A DNA stretch of 64,000 nt, from the NCBI GenBank assembly GCA_037481835.1, contig JBBFKW010000010.1, positions 108,234 to 172,233 of the forward strand, written 5' to 3'. Source of the stretch: Desulfosoma sp. GTDB taxonomy: Bacteria > Desulfobacterota > Syntrophobacteria > Syntrophobacterales > DSM-9756. The translations under genes and the position numbers were made by a program. How positions within the stretch are numbered: position 1 is the first letter of the stretch; each line of letters starts with the position of its first letter. The notes under the pieces are model-generated. The model was not told where the DNA came from, searched no databases, and saw nothing but the letters and a program-made list of their open reading frames with translations. Below are positions 1 to 9,856 of this stretch, piece after piece.

Positions 1-1
1 T

Positions 2-688
2 CGCAAGCTTCGACGCATCAGTTACGAAGAAATGCTGGAAATGGCGAGCATGGGCGCCAAAGTGCTCCACATCCGATCGGTGGAATTCGGCATGAAATAC
101 AACGTGCCCATATGGGTGCGCTCCTCTTTTACCGATGATCCCGGAACGCTTGTCACCCAGGAGGATGCCGATATGGAAAAGGTCGTGGTCTCAGGGATCA
201 CGTACAGCAAAAAAGAAGCTCGAGTCACCGTGACCGACGTGCCGGACGTGCCGGGGATGGCCTTCAGGTTGTTCGATCCCATCGCTCAAAACGGGATCAA
301 CGTGGACATGATCATTCAAGGAAGCAGCGCCGTGCCCGGTCGGGCCAACATCTCCTTTACCGTGCCCAAGGCCGATTACGAAAAGACCCTGGCCCTGGCG
401 GAAAAGCTCTCCAAAGACATCGGGGCGGGCCATGTCCACGGCAACCCCAATATCGCCAAGGTGTCCGTCATCGGCGTCGGCATGCGCAGCCACACCGGGG
501 TCGCCAGTGTGATGTTCCAGGCGCTGGCCAAGGAAAACATCAATATTCACATGATCAGCACGTCGGAGATCAAGATTTCGTGCGTCATCGACGAAAAATA
601 CACGGAACTGGCCGTTCGGGTGCTCCACGACGCCTTCGAGCTTCACAAGGACCCCCACAACGGCATTAAGATCAACGAAGAACGCTAA
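2..688 (+). CDS. lysC: Aspartate kinase, C-terminal part (kinase end plus two ACT domains); 5' end lies outside the window
   Basis: Frame open from base 2 (RKLRRISYEEMLEMASMGAKVLHIRSVE); ACT motifs NVDMIIQ, VSVIGVGM and MISTSEIKISC. Confidence 0.95.
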   Translation, partial: RKLRRISYEEMLEMASMGAKVLHIRSVEFGMKYNVPIWVRSSFTDDPGTLVTQEDADMEKVVVSGITYSKKEARVTVTDVPDVPGMAFRLFDPIAQNGINVDMIIQGSSAVPGRANISFTVPKADYEKTLALAEKLSKDIGAGHVHGNPNIAKVSVIGVGMRSHTGVASVMFQALAKENINIHMISTSEIKISCVIDEKYTELAVRVLHDAFELHKDPHNGIKINEER

Positions 689-708
689 CCCTCGCACGGA
701 CCGAACCC

Positions 709-1233
709 GTGGCGGCCCGCGGCCTTGTGATAGTGTTTACCGGAAACGGCAAGGGGAAAACCACGGCCGCCCTGGGGATGGTCCTGCGCGCCGCGGGCCA
801 TGACTTGCGAGTGCTGGTGCTGCAGTTCATCAAGGGGGCGTGGAGTCCCGGAGAGGAGGCCGCAGCGCGCCTCCTCCCCACCGTGGAATGGCAAACCCTG
901 GGCAAAGGCTTCACCTGGCGCCGCGCCGACCCGGAAGAAGACTGCAGGCTAGCCTGGCAAGGTTGGCAAAAGGCCCTGGAGGCGCTCACCTCCGGCCGCT
1001 ACGACCTCATCATCCTCGATGAGCTCAACGTCGCCCTGGACCACGGCTTCCTGGAGCTGGATTCCGTCCTGCAGGGTTTGGCTCAAAGGGCCCCCCACTG
1101 TCACGTGGTCATCACCGGCCGAAACGCTCCCGCGGCGCTTTGCGCCGCAGCCGATTGCGTCACAGAAATGGTCGCCGTAAAGCACCACTATAGGGACCAG
1201 GGCATAAAGGCTCAGCGGGGCGTGGAATTCTAA
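709..1233 (+). CDS. cobO: Cob(I)yrinic acid a,c-diamide adenosyltransferase (CobO/BtuR family)
   Basis: VFTGNGKGKTTAALG P-loop, QFIKG, LIILDEL, VITGR, KAQRGVEF C-terminus. Confidence 0.92.
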   Translation: MAARGLVIVFTGNGKGKTTAALGMVLRAAGHDLRVLVLQFIKGAWSPGEEAAARLLPTVEWQTLGKGFTWRRADPEEDCRLAWQGWQKALEALTSGRYDLIILDELNVALDHGFLELDSVLQGLAQRAPHCHVVITGRNAPAALCAAADCVTEMVAVKHHYRDQGIKAQRGVEF

Positions 1234-1238
1234 CTGAT

Positions 1239-2042
1239 TCAAGCCAGCCTCAAAATCTCCCCCGACTCCGGAACCACCACCTCCACATCGCGGCATGCTC
1301 CGACAATCTGCTCAATGTCCCGCCATTGGGTTCGGCGCACATCTCTTTGGATGTGCACGAGAGCCAGCCGCCGCACGCCGGCAGCCCCGGCCCATCGAAG
1401 GCAGCCCTGGACCGTGCCGTGACCGTGGATGCCGTCGTTCCCGTTGACCGCAAAGGCTTCGTGAACGGCGCACTCACAGCCTCGGGCCAGGTTTTCCGTT
1501 TCGGCCGTCGGGCGCCCGTCCCCACTGTAAAAAAGGCTCCACGAAGGCCCATCGATGCGCACACTGAGGTTTTTCTGGCCGTGCTCCGTCTGGGCCGCCC
1601 GCCAGAGGGTTCCGCGGACTTCTTTGGCATCCCCGGCATCCAGCACCACCTCCTCCAAAGGAAAGGTGAGTTTGCCGGCAAAGCCGGGATAGGCCAGGTC
1701 CAGAGCACGAAGAACGGTATCCATCCCGCCGGGCTGGGAGACGATGATCAGGGGTTTGAGCCTTTTCATTTCCCAGAAACGCAGGAGCAACAGAGGGACC
1801 CCGAAGAAATGATCCCCATGGAAATGGGACACCCACAGCACGTCAAGCGCGTCGGGATCCGCGCAGGCTTGAAAATACCGATGCGTCGCCGAAAACCCGC
1901 AATCCAAAAGGATCTGGATCGGTGCAGCATCGCCGCCTTCATCCCCCTCGATCAAGAGACTCGTATTGGGCTGGGTTTCGTCACAGGCTTCCCCCACACC
2001 GAGAAACCGCACGGTTGTCGATCTTTTCCGCTCGCTTTCCAT
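1239..2042 (-). CDS. MBL-fold metallo-hydrolase (RNase Z-like)
   Basis: FLGVGEA, LLDCG, SHFHGDH, YSGD, HEA, LVH motifs; start set at the ATG of MESERK, because the longer ORF overlaps efp. Confidence 0.85.
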   Translation of the reverse strand: MESERKRSTTVRFLGVGEACDETQPNTSLLIEGDEGGDAAPIQILLDCGFSATHRYFQACADPDALDVLWVSHFHGDHFFGVPLLLLRFWEMKRLKPLIIVSQPGGMDTVLRALDLAYPGFAGKLTFPLEEVVLDAGDAKEVRGTLWRAAQTEHGQKNLSVRIDGPSWSLFYSGDGRPTAETENLARGCECAVHEAFAVNGNDGIHGHGTVQGCLRWAGAAGVRRLALVHIQRDVRRTQWRDIEQIVGACRDVEVVVPESGEILRLA

Positions 2043-2142
2043 GAACCGCCACCTCCTGTCTTGACCAACCTTTCCCTCGCTCTGTATGATGCGCCGACGT
2101 TTTGAGGTCAATGCAAAAGCTACCCGAGAGAGGACAGACACC

Positions 2143-2721
2143 ATGGGTGCCACACTGACGGCAGGCGATTTGAGAAAAGGCTTGAAATTGGAAATCGACG
2201 GGGAACCGTACCTCATCGTGGACTTCGAATTTTCCAAGCCCGGAAAAGGCCAGGCCCTGTATCGGTGCCGGCTGCGCAACATGATCACCGGAACCCAATT
2301 CGACCGCACTTATCGGTCGGGCGATAAATTCCTGGCGGCGGACCTGGACGAGCAGGAAATGGAGTTTCTCTACAAAGAAGGCAATCGCTACCATTTCATG
2401 AACACCTCCACCTACGAACAGGTGGAACTGGCCGAAGAATCCGTCGGGGAGGCCAAAAACTTTCTCACCGAAAACCTGCACGTGGACATGCTCTTTTTCA
2501 AGGGATCCCCCATCGGCATTTCGCTGCCCAACTTCGTGGAACTCAAGGTGATCAAGTCCGATCCCGGCGTCAAAGGCGATACGGCTTCCGGAGCCACCAA
2601 GCCGGTCACCCTGGAAACGGGCTACGAAATCCAGGTGCCCTTGTTCATCGAAGAAGGCGATGTCCTGAAGCTGGACACCCGCACGGGGACCTACGTGGAA
2701 CGGGTGAAGACCTCCGCCTGA
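2143..2721 (+). CDS. efp: Elongation factor P
   Basis: KPGKGQA loop, PGVKGDTASG and VPLFIEEGD motifs; RBS-like GAGAGGA upstream. Confidence 0.97.
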   Translation: MGATLTAGDLRKGLKLEIDGEPYLIVDFEFSKPGKGQALYRCRLRNMITGTQFDRTYRSGDKFLAADLDEQEMEFLYKEGNRYHFMNTSTYEQVELAEESVGEAKNFLTENLHVDMLFFKGSPIGISLPNFVELKVIKSDPGVKGDTASGATKPVTLETGYEIQVPLFIEEGDVLKLDTRTGTYVERVKTSA

Positions 2722-3650
2722 TGAGCCGCCGGGATGTTCTTTCCGCCAAACGCTGGAGACTGGAAATGAGAAGCCGCATCCTCCACGGAATGCGGCTTTT
2801 CTTCGTGGATCGGGGCTTCATGGAAGTGCAGACCCCCGTGCGCACCCCGGCCCCCGCTCCCGAACGCCATATCGACGCCGTGCGCTCCGAGGGCTGGTAT
2901 TTGCAAACCAGCCCGGAGCTTTACATGAAGCGGCTTCTTGCGGCCGGCTACGAGAAGATTTTCCAAATCTGCCCCGTCTTCCGGAAGGGGGAACGAGGTC
3001 GCCGCCACCATCCCGAATTCACCCTTCTCGAATGGTACCGACTGGGCTCGGACTACGAGGCGCTCAAGGCGGACTGCCTGGAGCTCTTGCAGGCCGTCTG
3101 CGCTCATGTCGGCCGATACCCCCGCTTCCCTTTCGGCCCTCATTGGCTGACTGTGCTCCCGCCGTGGGAGCATTGGACGGTGAGGGACATCTTCCTGGAT
3201 CGTGCCGGCTGGGATCCCTTGAAAAATTACGATCCAGATCGATTCACGGAAGATCTCGTGGAAAAAATCGAGCCTACCCTGGGCTTTCCCGCTCCGGCCT
3301 TTCTTTCCGACTATCCGCCCGAGGAAGCGGCCTTGGCGAAACTCCGCCCCCATCAGGCCGTCAAGGTCGCCGAACGGTTTGAACTCTACTGGGCGGGCAT
3401 CGAATTGGCCAACGGCTTTTCCGAATTGACCGACCGGAAGGAACAGGAAGAACGCTTTCGAGAATGCCTCGCCCGGCGCCAAGAAGAAGGTCGAGACGTC
3501 TATCCCTGGCCCCTTCGGTTCTTGGAAAGCCTGGACGATTTGGAATCCGCCGCCGGCATCGCTTTGGGCGTCGACCGCCTGGTGATGCTCCTAACCGATG
3601 CCTCGTCCCTGGACGATGTGACGGCTTTCGAACCCGAGCATGAACCGTAA
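2721..3650 (+). CDS. epmA: EF-P lysine aminoacylase (EpmA/GenX)
   Basis: YLQTSPELYMKRLLA, FRKGE..HHPEFTLLEWY, ELANGFSEL and GIALGVDRL; no anticodon-binding domain; coupled to efp. Confidence 0.93.
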   Translation: MSRRDVLSAKRWRLEMRSRILHGMRLFFVDRGFMEVQTPVRTPAPAPERHIDAVRSEGWYLQTSPELYMKRLLAAGYEKIFQICPVFRKGERGRRHHPEFTLLEWYRLGSDYEALKADCLELLQAVCAHVGRYPRFPFGPHWLTVLPPWEHWTVRDIFLDRAGWDPLKNYDPDRFTEDLVEKIEPTLGFPAPAFLSDYPPEEAALAKLRPHQAVKVAERFELYWAGIELANGFSELTDRKEQEERFRECLARRQEEGRDVYPWPLRFLESLDDLESAAGIALGVDRLVMLLTDASSLDDVTAFEPEHEP

Positions 3651-3653
3651 GCC

Positions 3654-4868
3654 TCAGGATTCCTTCGCCCCTTCGCCGTAATAGGCCACAGCCGCAAAAG
3701 TCACGAAAGAGCCTTGACGATCCACCACGGCATGGTCGTGATGAAGCACCCGCCCTCGGGCTTTGCCGCGAAGTACGCGGCTGAGCACGTAAAGCGGGGG
3801 CACGCCGCACACTTTGCGGGCGTTGCCGTCTTTGAGGATTTCAGCCATGAACGCGTCCGGGTCCGGGGCTTCCAGGGCGGCGAGAAGTTTTCGGTCCGCA
3901 TCCAAATGCTCTTGGACCGTCAGGCGATTGGGCAGAAAATCATCGCCGTATCGAGGGCCGATATGGGCCAGGTCCACGCTCGCCAAAACCCCCACGGAGG
4001 TCCCGGATCGGTCCAAAACTTCCCGAAGCGCATCGCAAAACCCATCGATGGCCGCGTGGTGCGATTGCCAGTCCTCCACGCCGAACGAGCACAAAACGGG
4101 CACAATCCGAGCCGTCGGCTGCACGGACGCAAGAAACACCGCTTGAAACTCTATGGTGTGTTCCCGACTGTGCGCATATTCTCCGGCACACACATCCTGA
4201 GGCGCCCGCCGGGCGATTTCTTGGGCCATCTGCCGATCGCACGGCACAAGGCCGAGAGGGGTTTCGAAATCTTTGAAGGTGAGGGCAAAAAAGTTTTCGA
4301 TGGGTTCGTGGCCCGTTCCCACAATGACCCAGACAGCCGGCGGAACCGTTTCCCGAAGCGCCCTGTAGGCGCACCCAAAGGTGGCCGCACCCGCCCGAAT
4401 GTCAATGTGCGGGGCGACCAGGCCCATGAGGGGGCACGATTCTTTTTGGTTTCGGGGCTCGGGGGTGATGAGGGCGTCCAAGAATGCACGCAAATCCTCA
4501 GGTTTTTCCGGATAACTCTTTCCCGCATGGCGCATCCGCCTCACGGGATCCTCTCGGAACCTTTGGACCTCCCGCTGCACATGGTCCGCGTAACGGGCAT
4601 TGTCGAGAAAGAGATTTTCGTCCAGGACGCGGATCACTTCCTCGATCTGCTCGCTGTAGATGAGGTGCCCGGTTCGACGCAGGAAAAACGCCTGGATGTC
4701 CCGCACGGAATGCCGTCCATCCATGAGCGCCAGGAATGGGGCGAAGTCGGCGTTGAGGATCACATGATTCTCGTTGTAACCGAGACGGTCCCTTAACAGG
4801 ATGTACGGGCGCCCCTCATGGTGGATCGGCACGGCTTCCAAGCCATAACGCAGTTTCGGGTGTTCCAT
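3654..4868 (-). CDS. MEMO1-family protein (AmmeMemoRadiSam protein B-like) with N-terminal extension
   Basis: VAPHID, GTGH, HSREHTIEFQ, ASVDLAHIG, VCG motifs. Confidence 0.85.
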   Translation of the reverse strand: MEHPKLRYGLEAVPIHHEGRPYILLRDRLGYNENHVILNADFAPFLALMDGRHSVRDIQAFFLRRTGHLIYSEQIEEVIRVLDENLFLDNARYADHVQREVQRFREDPVRRMRHAGKSYPEKPEDLRAFLDALITPEPRNQKESCPLMGLVAPHIDIRAGAATFGCAYRALRETVPPAVWVIVGTGHEPIENFFALTFKDFETPLGLVPCDRQMAQEIARRAPQDVCAGEYAHSREHTIEFQAVFLASVQPTARIVPVLCSFGVEDWQSHHAAIDGFCDALREVLDRSGTSVGVLASVDLAHIGPRYGDDFLPNRLTVQEHLDADRKLLAALEAPDPDAFMAEILKDGNARKVCGVPPLYVLSRVLRGKARGRVLHHDHAVVDRQGSFVTFAAVAYYGEGAKES

Positions 4869-4970
4869 CGACTCTGCCTCGACGTTGACGGTCCCATGCA
4901 AATGTGATACGTGACAACGTCCATAGCTCCCGGATCGAAACATCTCTCGCGCTCGAAGGACAAAGCCTCC

Positions 4971-6671
4971 ATGCGGCACGCACCGAAGACATGCACCGCC
5001 TTATTTTTCCTTCTGTTCATGAGTTCCTGCAGCACCCTGGGTTTACGGACCGGCCCTTCGGCCCCCGGACCGGAACTGCCCAAGTCTCAAGCGTACGCCG
5101 CTTACCTGTTAGCCCAATACTACCTTCGGGTCAACGAGCCGGAAGAGGCTATCAAAGCCTATCGAAAGGCTTTGGAAATCGACCCCGAAGATCCCACCAT
5201 CCTCACGGACCTCGCCGTCCTGTACGTGCGTCAGGGCAATGTGCAGGAAGCACTTAATCTTGCTGAAAAGGCCGCTGAAGTCGACCCCAAATGCGAAAAC
5301 GCCTTCCTGCTCCTGGGGAGGCTCTACGCCGGCACCGGCAACAATGCCAAGGCCATCAAAGCCTACCAGTCGGTCATCTCCATCAACCCGTCCAACCACG
5401 ATGCCTATCTTTTGCTGGGAACCCTGTACGCGCAGGAAAACCGATTCCGCGAAGCCCTGGAGGCCCTGGAACATCTCAAAGCCCTCTTGCCCGACAACCC
5501 CCTGGCCTCCTATTACAAGGCCCGCATCTTTCTCGACATGAAATTCTACGAGCAAGCGGAAGCAGCCTACCAGGAAGTGCTGCAAATCAACCCGTTTTTC
5601 GATAGGGCCATGTTGGATCTGGCCTATATCTATGAAGTCACCGAGCGGTTTTCGGAAGCGGAAGCCACCTATCTTCGGCTGCTGGAAATCAACCCTGGCC
5701 ATGTCCAGGCGCGAAACCGGCTGAGCAACCTCTACATCCGCCAAAAGCTCTACGATAAGGCCTTGGAGCACCTGCGCATCCTATCCCAACAGGATGCCGA
5801 AGACCTGGAAGCGCGCCTCAAGATCGGCATCATCCACCTCCAACAGCGCAAGTACCAGGAAGCCATCTCCGATTTTCAGGCCCTGTTGAAGGATCGGCCG
5901 CAATACGACCAAGCTCTCTATTATCTGGCCACGTCTTACGAAGAAAAGGGCGAGCGCTCCGATCTGGAACAGGCCGTCGTCAACCTGCGGCTCATTCCCG
6001 AAAGCAGCCCCTTGTGGGATCCGGCCCAAATGCGCCTCGGTGTTCTCTTTTCCAAGCTGAATGACCACAAGTCCGGGATTCAGTGTTTGGAAAAGGCCAT
6101 CGCCCTGAAACCGAAGGTCATCGATTTCTACCTCTACCTGGCGTTTCTCTATGAAGAAGTCAAAGACTTCGCCAAAGCTCTGGAGACCTTGAACGCCGGC
6201 ATGGCCGTTGGCGGCGAAACGGTGACGTTGCTTTTCCGCAAGGGCATCGTGCTCGACCGCATGGATCGCAAGGAAGAAGCCCTGGAGGTCATGAAAAAGA
6301 TCCTCACACTGGAAAAAGACCATGCGGGGGCTCTCAACTACGTGGGCTACACCTATGCGGACAAGGGAATCCATCTGGACGAAGCCAAGGAACTCATCGA
6401 GCGCGCTCTGCAGAAAGAGCCCGAAGACGGCTACATCATGGACAGCCTGGCGTGGGTTTACTACCGACAGGGCAATTACATCAAGGCGTTGGAAGTGATG
6501 CGCAAGGCCCTGGAAATCGTGCCCGACGATCCCGTCATTTTGGAACACTACGGCGATATCCTGCAGGCTTTGGGCCGCTTGGAAGAAGCTCGCAAAGCCT
6601 ACGAAAAGGCCCTGGAAAAGGGGCATGAAAAGCCCGATACAATCCAGGAAAAGATCCAGCGGGTGCGATGA
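4971..6671 (+). CDS. TPR-repeat lipoprotein
   Basis: Lipobox-like FMSSC, many TPRs, C-terminal ALNYVGYTYAD / IMDSLAWVYY / VILEHYGD. Confidence 0.88.
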   Translation: MRHAPKTCTALFFLLFMSSCSTLGLRTGPSAPGPELPKSQAYAAYLLAQYYLRVNEPEEAIKAYRKALEIDPEDPTILTDLAVLYVRQGNVQEALNLAEKAAEVDPKCENAFLLLGRLYAGTGNNAKAIKAYQSVISINPSNHDAYLLLGTLYAQENRFREALEALEHLKALLPDNPLASYYKARIFLDMKFYEQAEAAYQEVLQINPFFDRAMLDLAYIYEVTERFSEAEATYLRLLEINPGHVQARNRLSNLYIRQKLYDKALEHLRILSQQDAEDLEARLKIGIIHLQQRKYQEAISDFQALLKDRPQYDQALYYLATSYEEKGERSDLEQAVVNLRLIPESSPLWDPAQMRLGVLFSKLNDHKSGIQCLEKAIALKPKVIDFYLYLAFLYEEVKDFAKALETLNAGMAVGGETVTLLFRKGIVLDRMDRKEEALEVMKKILTLEKDHAGALNYVGYTYADKGIHLDEAKELIERALQKEPEDGYIMDSLAWVYYRQGNYIKALEVMRKALEIVPDDPVILEHYGDILQALGRLEEARKAYEKALEKGHEKPDTIQEKIQRVR

Positions 6672-7471
6672 AACGCCTCGCCCGAATCCTGTCCTGTGCG
6701 CTCCTGTGCACGGCGCCCTTTATCCTGTCCTCGTGCGTCCCGGCTCGGGCCCCGATGCCCGGACGGGAGGGCGTGGCCGCGGCCTGGGACTCCCAGCGGT
6801 GGAGCCGCAGCCTCCTTGGCCGCTTCGACCGGTGGCAACGATTCCAAGCCGTCTATCAAGCCAAATGGACGGATTCCATGGAACGGGTCTGGCGTGCCAA
6901 AGCCCTCGTCACCGCCCATTTGCCCGACAAGATGCGCATCGAGATCCTAAACTCCTGGGGACAGATCCAAGGGCTTTTCGTCCTCAGAGAACCGTCGGCC
7001 TCTCTGTGGCTCGTCGGGGAAAAGAGCCTGTATCGATCGCGGCGCAGCGCCGCCCTCTTGGAAAAACTCGTGGGCATCGAATTGCCGGGCACGGAATTGG
7101 CCCCCATTCTCGTGGGCTTACCCCCCAAGGAGATCCTTGACGGAGCCCCGGCGCGTCGGCTTCGAGACGGCACGGTCGTCTTCGGTGAGGCGAACCTCCG
7201 GGAGGGCTTTTCGCGCCGGTATGGTCTTTGTCCCGATATGGAGCGCATCTGCAGCATGGAATTCGACCTTGCGGGAGCGCCTCTTTCCATTCTCTTGCAA
7301 TACGACACGCAGGGGGAGATTCGAGAAGTCCCGTCCTCGGTCACCTTCCGAAGCGAGGCGGGTACCGTGGAACTCACCCGCACCCTCGTGACGCGTCCTG
7401 CCAACATCGCTTCGGAAACCTTCGATCCTCCTCCCCTCGGCGACACCGTCCGAATCGTGGAAATCCCCTGA
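6668..7471 (+). CDS. Putative lipoprotein, LolB/DUF4292-like
   Basis: LSSC lipobox; RIEILNSWGQ segment; ATGA overlap with the TPR gene. Confidence 0.55.
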   Translation: MKRLARILSCALLCTAPFILSSCVPARAPMPGREGVAAAWDSQRWSRSLLGRFDRWQRFQAVYQAKWTDSMERVWRAKALVTAHLPDKMRIEILNSWGQIQGLFVLREPSASLWLVGEKSLYRSRRSAALLEKLVGIELPGTELAPILVGLPPKEILDGAPARRLRDGTVVFGEANLREGFSRRYGLCPDMERICSMEFDLAGAPLSILLQYDTQGEIREVPSSVTFRSEAGTVELTRTLVTRPANIASETFDPPPLGDTVRIVEIP

Positions 7472-7495
7472 CCTCACGCGGCAGGAGGAGCCTCC

Positions 7496-7996
7496 ATGGA
7501 GCCTCAGGCACGGTTTTTTGTTGATCGCATGCTCGGAAAGGTGGCAAAATGGTTACGAATCCTCGGCTACGATGCGCGCTACGGATCCATCGAAACCGCC
7601 TCTCAGATCGAGACGCTGCATCGCGAGGGGATCGTCGTGGTGACCGGGAACACGCGATGGCGTCATCTCCCGGGCGTTTTTTTCTGTGAGCCCTTGCGCG
7701 TGGAAGAACAGTGTCGAAAGCTGGCACAAGCCGGCCTCATTCGCCGTGAAGAGGTCAGGCTTTTCAGCCGATGCCTTCGGTGCAATCGGCTCCTGGAAGA
7801 AGCCCCCAAGGAGGAGGTCGGCGGCGTCGTTCCGGACTACGTCTACGCCACGGCCCCGTCGTTTTGCCGCTGCCCTTCGTGCGGCCGCGCGTATTGGCCG
7901 GGATCTCATTGGGACAGAATGACGGAACGCTTTCGACGGATCACAGGCTGGAGTCTTGAGGACTTGAGCGAAAGGAGGACGGAATGGGCGGAGTGA
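7496..7996 (+). CDS. Mut7-C RNase domain protein (PIN-like plus Zn ribbon)
   Basis: FFVDRMLGKVAKWLRILGYD, RCLRCN, CPSCGRAYWPGSHW. Confidence 0.9.
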   Translation: MEPQARFFVDRMLGKVAKWLRILGYDARYGSIETASQIETLHREGIVVVTGNTRWRHLPGVFFCEPLRVEEQCRKLAQAGLIRREEVRLFSRCLRCNRLLEEAPKEEVGGVVPDYVYATAPSFCRCPSCGRAYWPGSHWDRMTERFRRITGWSLEDLSERRTEWAE

Positions 7997-8385
7997 TCAA
8001 CAACGTGATCGCCATGCTGACGAAGATGGGCTACTGGGCTCTGGAATATGCGACGATCGTCTACCACTGGAAAATGAAAGTTTTCAGGACCCAAATGAAA
8101 CGCCTTGCGGTAAGCAGGACACAGAAAAACCTGGCCAAAGCCTACAGCGGCCTCGGCGCCGTGGTCTACGGCATGCTGAAAGAGGGCCAGGAGTCCCTCA
8201 AAGACGACCCCGCGGTCATGACCCAGATGCGCAACGTGGACGAAGCGGAAGCCAAGGTGAAGAGGATCGACGAAGAGATCCAGGAAATCTGCGACGCCTA
8301 CGAAGCGAAGAAAAGAGCCGTTCGAGAAACCTACGCGGCCAAAAGAAGCGCCGTGGGGGGACGGTCGGAAACGGAGGAGGCGTAG
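7984..8385 (+). CDS. Hypothetical coiled-coil protein
   Basis: Strong RBS AGGAGG; protein-like helical composition. Confidence 0.7.
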   Translation: MGGVINNVIAMLTKMGYWALEYATIVYHWKMKVFRTQMKRLAVSRTQKNLAKAYSGLGAVVYGMLKEGQESLKDDPAVMTQMRNVDEAEAKVKRIDEEIQEICDAYEAKKRAVRETYAAKRSAVGGRSETEEA

Positions 8386-8464
8386 GTTCGTTTGAAACCG
8401 TGTGCCGGAGGGGGCTTGGGCCAGGGCCGAGGGGTCCCGCCGAGACGGGGGAAGGATGTTGGGT

Positions 8465-8491
8465 GTTGGGGTTCGCTGCGCTCACCCCAAC
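8465..8491. repeat. REP-like palindrome between convergent genes
   Basis: GTTGGGGT-TCGCTGCGCTC-ACCCCAAC hairpin. Confidence 0.55.
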
Positions 8492-8582
8492 CACCGGGTT
8501 TGTTCAAGGATGGGGGCCGGTGCTTTAAAAGAGCCGCGACACGGCGCCTCACAACGCCCCAGGGAAATCCTTCCTTCGCTTT

Positions 8583-9107
8583 TCACGTGCCGCAATCCGC
8601 CGGGTCGCCTTGGATCTTGGCCAAAGCGTGGGGAAGGGCTGGAAGGATCGCCTCCAGGTTTTCAAGACATCCCTTGAGGCTTCCGGGAAGATTGACGATG
8701 AGGCTGTCGCCTCGGATGCCGGCCACGGCCCGGGAAAGCATGGCATGGGGGGTCTTCCTGAGGCTTTCCAACCGCATGGCTTCAGCCATCCCCGGAATGA
8801 GTCGGTCACACACCGCAACGGTCGCCTCGGGCGTCACATCCCTTGGGGAAACACCCGTCCCGCCAGTGGTCACCACGAGAGCCGCGCCGTGCTTTTCCAC
8901 CGCTTCCAGAAGGGCCTCTTGAATCGCCGATTTTTCATCCGGCACGACCGTGCGCCACACCCCCGTGAAGCCTTCGGCATGGAGCCTTTCCCAGAGTTGG
9001 GCTCCGGAGACATCCTCCCGTTCCCCTCGACTCCCCTTGTCGCTCACCGTAACGACAGCCACTGTCTTGCGACACCGCTCCACGGAAAACACCTCCTCGG
9101 CCTTCAC
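8583..9107 (-). CDS. Molybdenum cofactor biosynthesis protein, MogA/MoaB family
   Basis: VTVSDKG, VVPDE, TTGGTGVSPRDVTPEAT, NLPGS; GTG start overlapping the upstream TGA. Confidence 0.9.
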   Translation of the reverse strand: MKAEEVFSVERCRKTVAVVTVSDKGSRGEREDVSGAQLWERLHAEGFTGVWRTVVPDEKSAIQEALLEAVEKHGAALVVTTGGTGVSPRDVTPEATVAVCDRLIPGMAEAMRLESLRKTPHAMLSRAVAGIRGDSLIVNLPGSLKGCLENLEAILPALPHALAKIQGDPADCGT

Positions 9108-9562
9108 CGCGGGCCGCGCTCCAATTGCCTGCGCGCCGCCTGAACGATAACGCTGGAAACCGATTTGCTCTTGGCGAGAATTTTCAAATCCTGGGGGTTC
9201 AACGTGGCAACCAATTTCAAGGCGATCCCCACGGGGGTTTTGGGGTTTTTCACCAAGGCCAAGCGGACGGGATAGAGTTTGAACCATTCCCGGTTATCGG
9301 CGATTTTCCGAAGGGCCTCATCGCTGATGTTTCGGGAATTGGCGAACCCCGCCACTTCCGAGGAAGTGAGCTTGGGATTTTCCAAAACGGCAAGCTGGAC
9401 GACCCGGTTGGGATCTTGCATGAGAAGCGTGCGGGCTTCCTGGCCGCCCGTCTGCGCCAGCTTGACGCGCTCGGGAACGGTCATCTTCTGGATTTTCACC
9501 GCCAGAGGAAGACGATCGACCTCGTCCTTCGGCGGCCTGTCTTTTTCCTGATCTTCCGTCAC
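9104..9562 (-). CDS. Conserved hypothetical helical-repeat protein
   Basis: KIQKMTVPERVKLA...DPNRVVQLAVLENPK...LALVKNPKTP repeats. Confidence 0.75.
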   Translation of the reverse strand: MTEDQEKDRPPKDEVDRLPLAVKIQKMTVPERVKLAQTGGQEARTLLMQDPNRVVQLAVLENPKLTSSEVAGFANSRNISDEALRKIADNREWFKLYPVRLALVKNPKTPVGIALKLVATLNPQDLKILAKSKSVSSVIVQAARRQLERGPR

Positions 9563-9824
9563 CGATCTCCCCTCGGCCGAATCCCCAAAAAAAAGACTTT
9601 TCCCAAAACGCGGCGGATCTGATCCGTTTCTCATATATCCCGGCGATGCGGCTCATGAAAAGGAAACTGCGGCAGGGAACGGCAAGAGGGCCGAATCCCT
9701 AAAGAAAGAGTTCGGCCCGCACGACGAGCGGGGCCCGAACCCGAAAGAGCACGTCCGTCCCGAAACGTTTCGGCGGGCACCCGTCCCCTTGGGTCGTGGG
9801 AACGGGAGCCCGCCGCACGGAGGA

Positions 9825-9856
9825 GCCGAAAAGGCTTAGGCCTAAGCCTTTTCGGC
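9825..9856. repeat. Perfect 32-bp palindrome spanning the EF-G stop codon
   Basis: GCCGAAAAGGCTTAGG|CCTAAGCCTTTTCGGC. Confidence 0.9.

Noticed and set aside
9660..9820. Hairpin-rich spacer as a riboswitch or ncRNA
   Set aside because: No recognisable aptamer consensus; GC-rich hairpins are expected downstream of a gene
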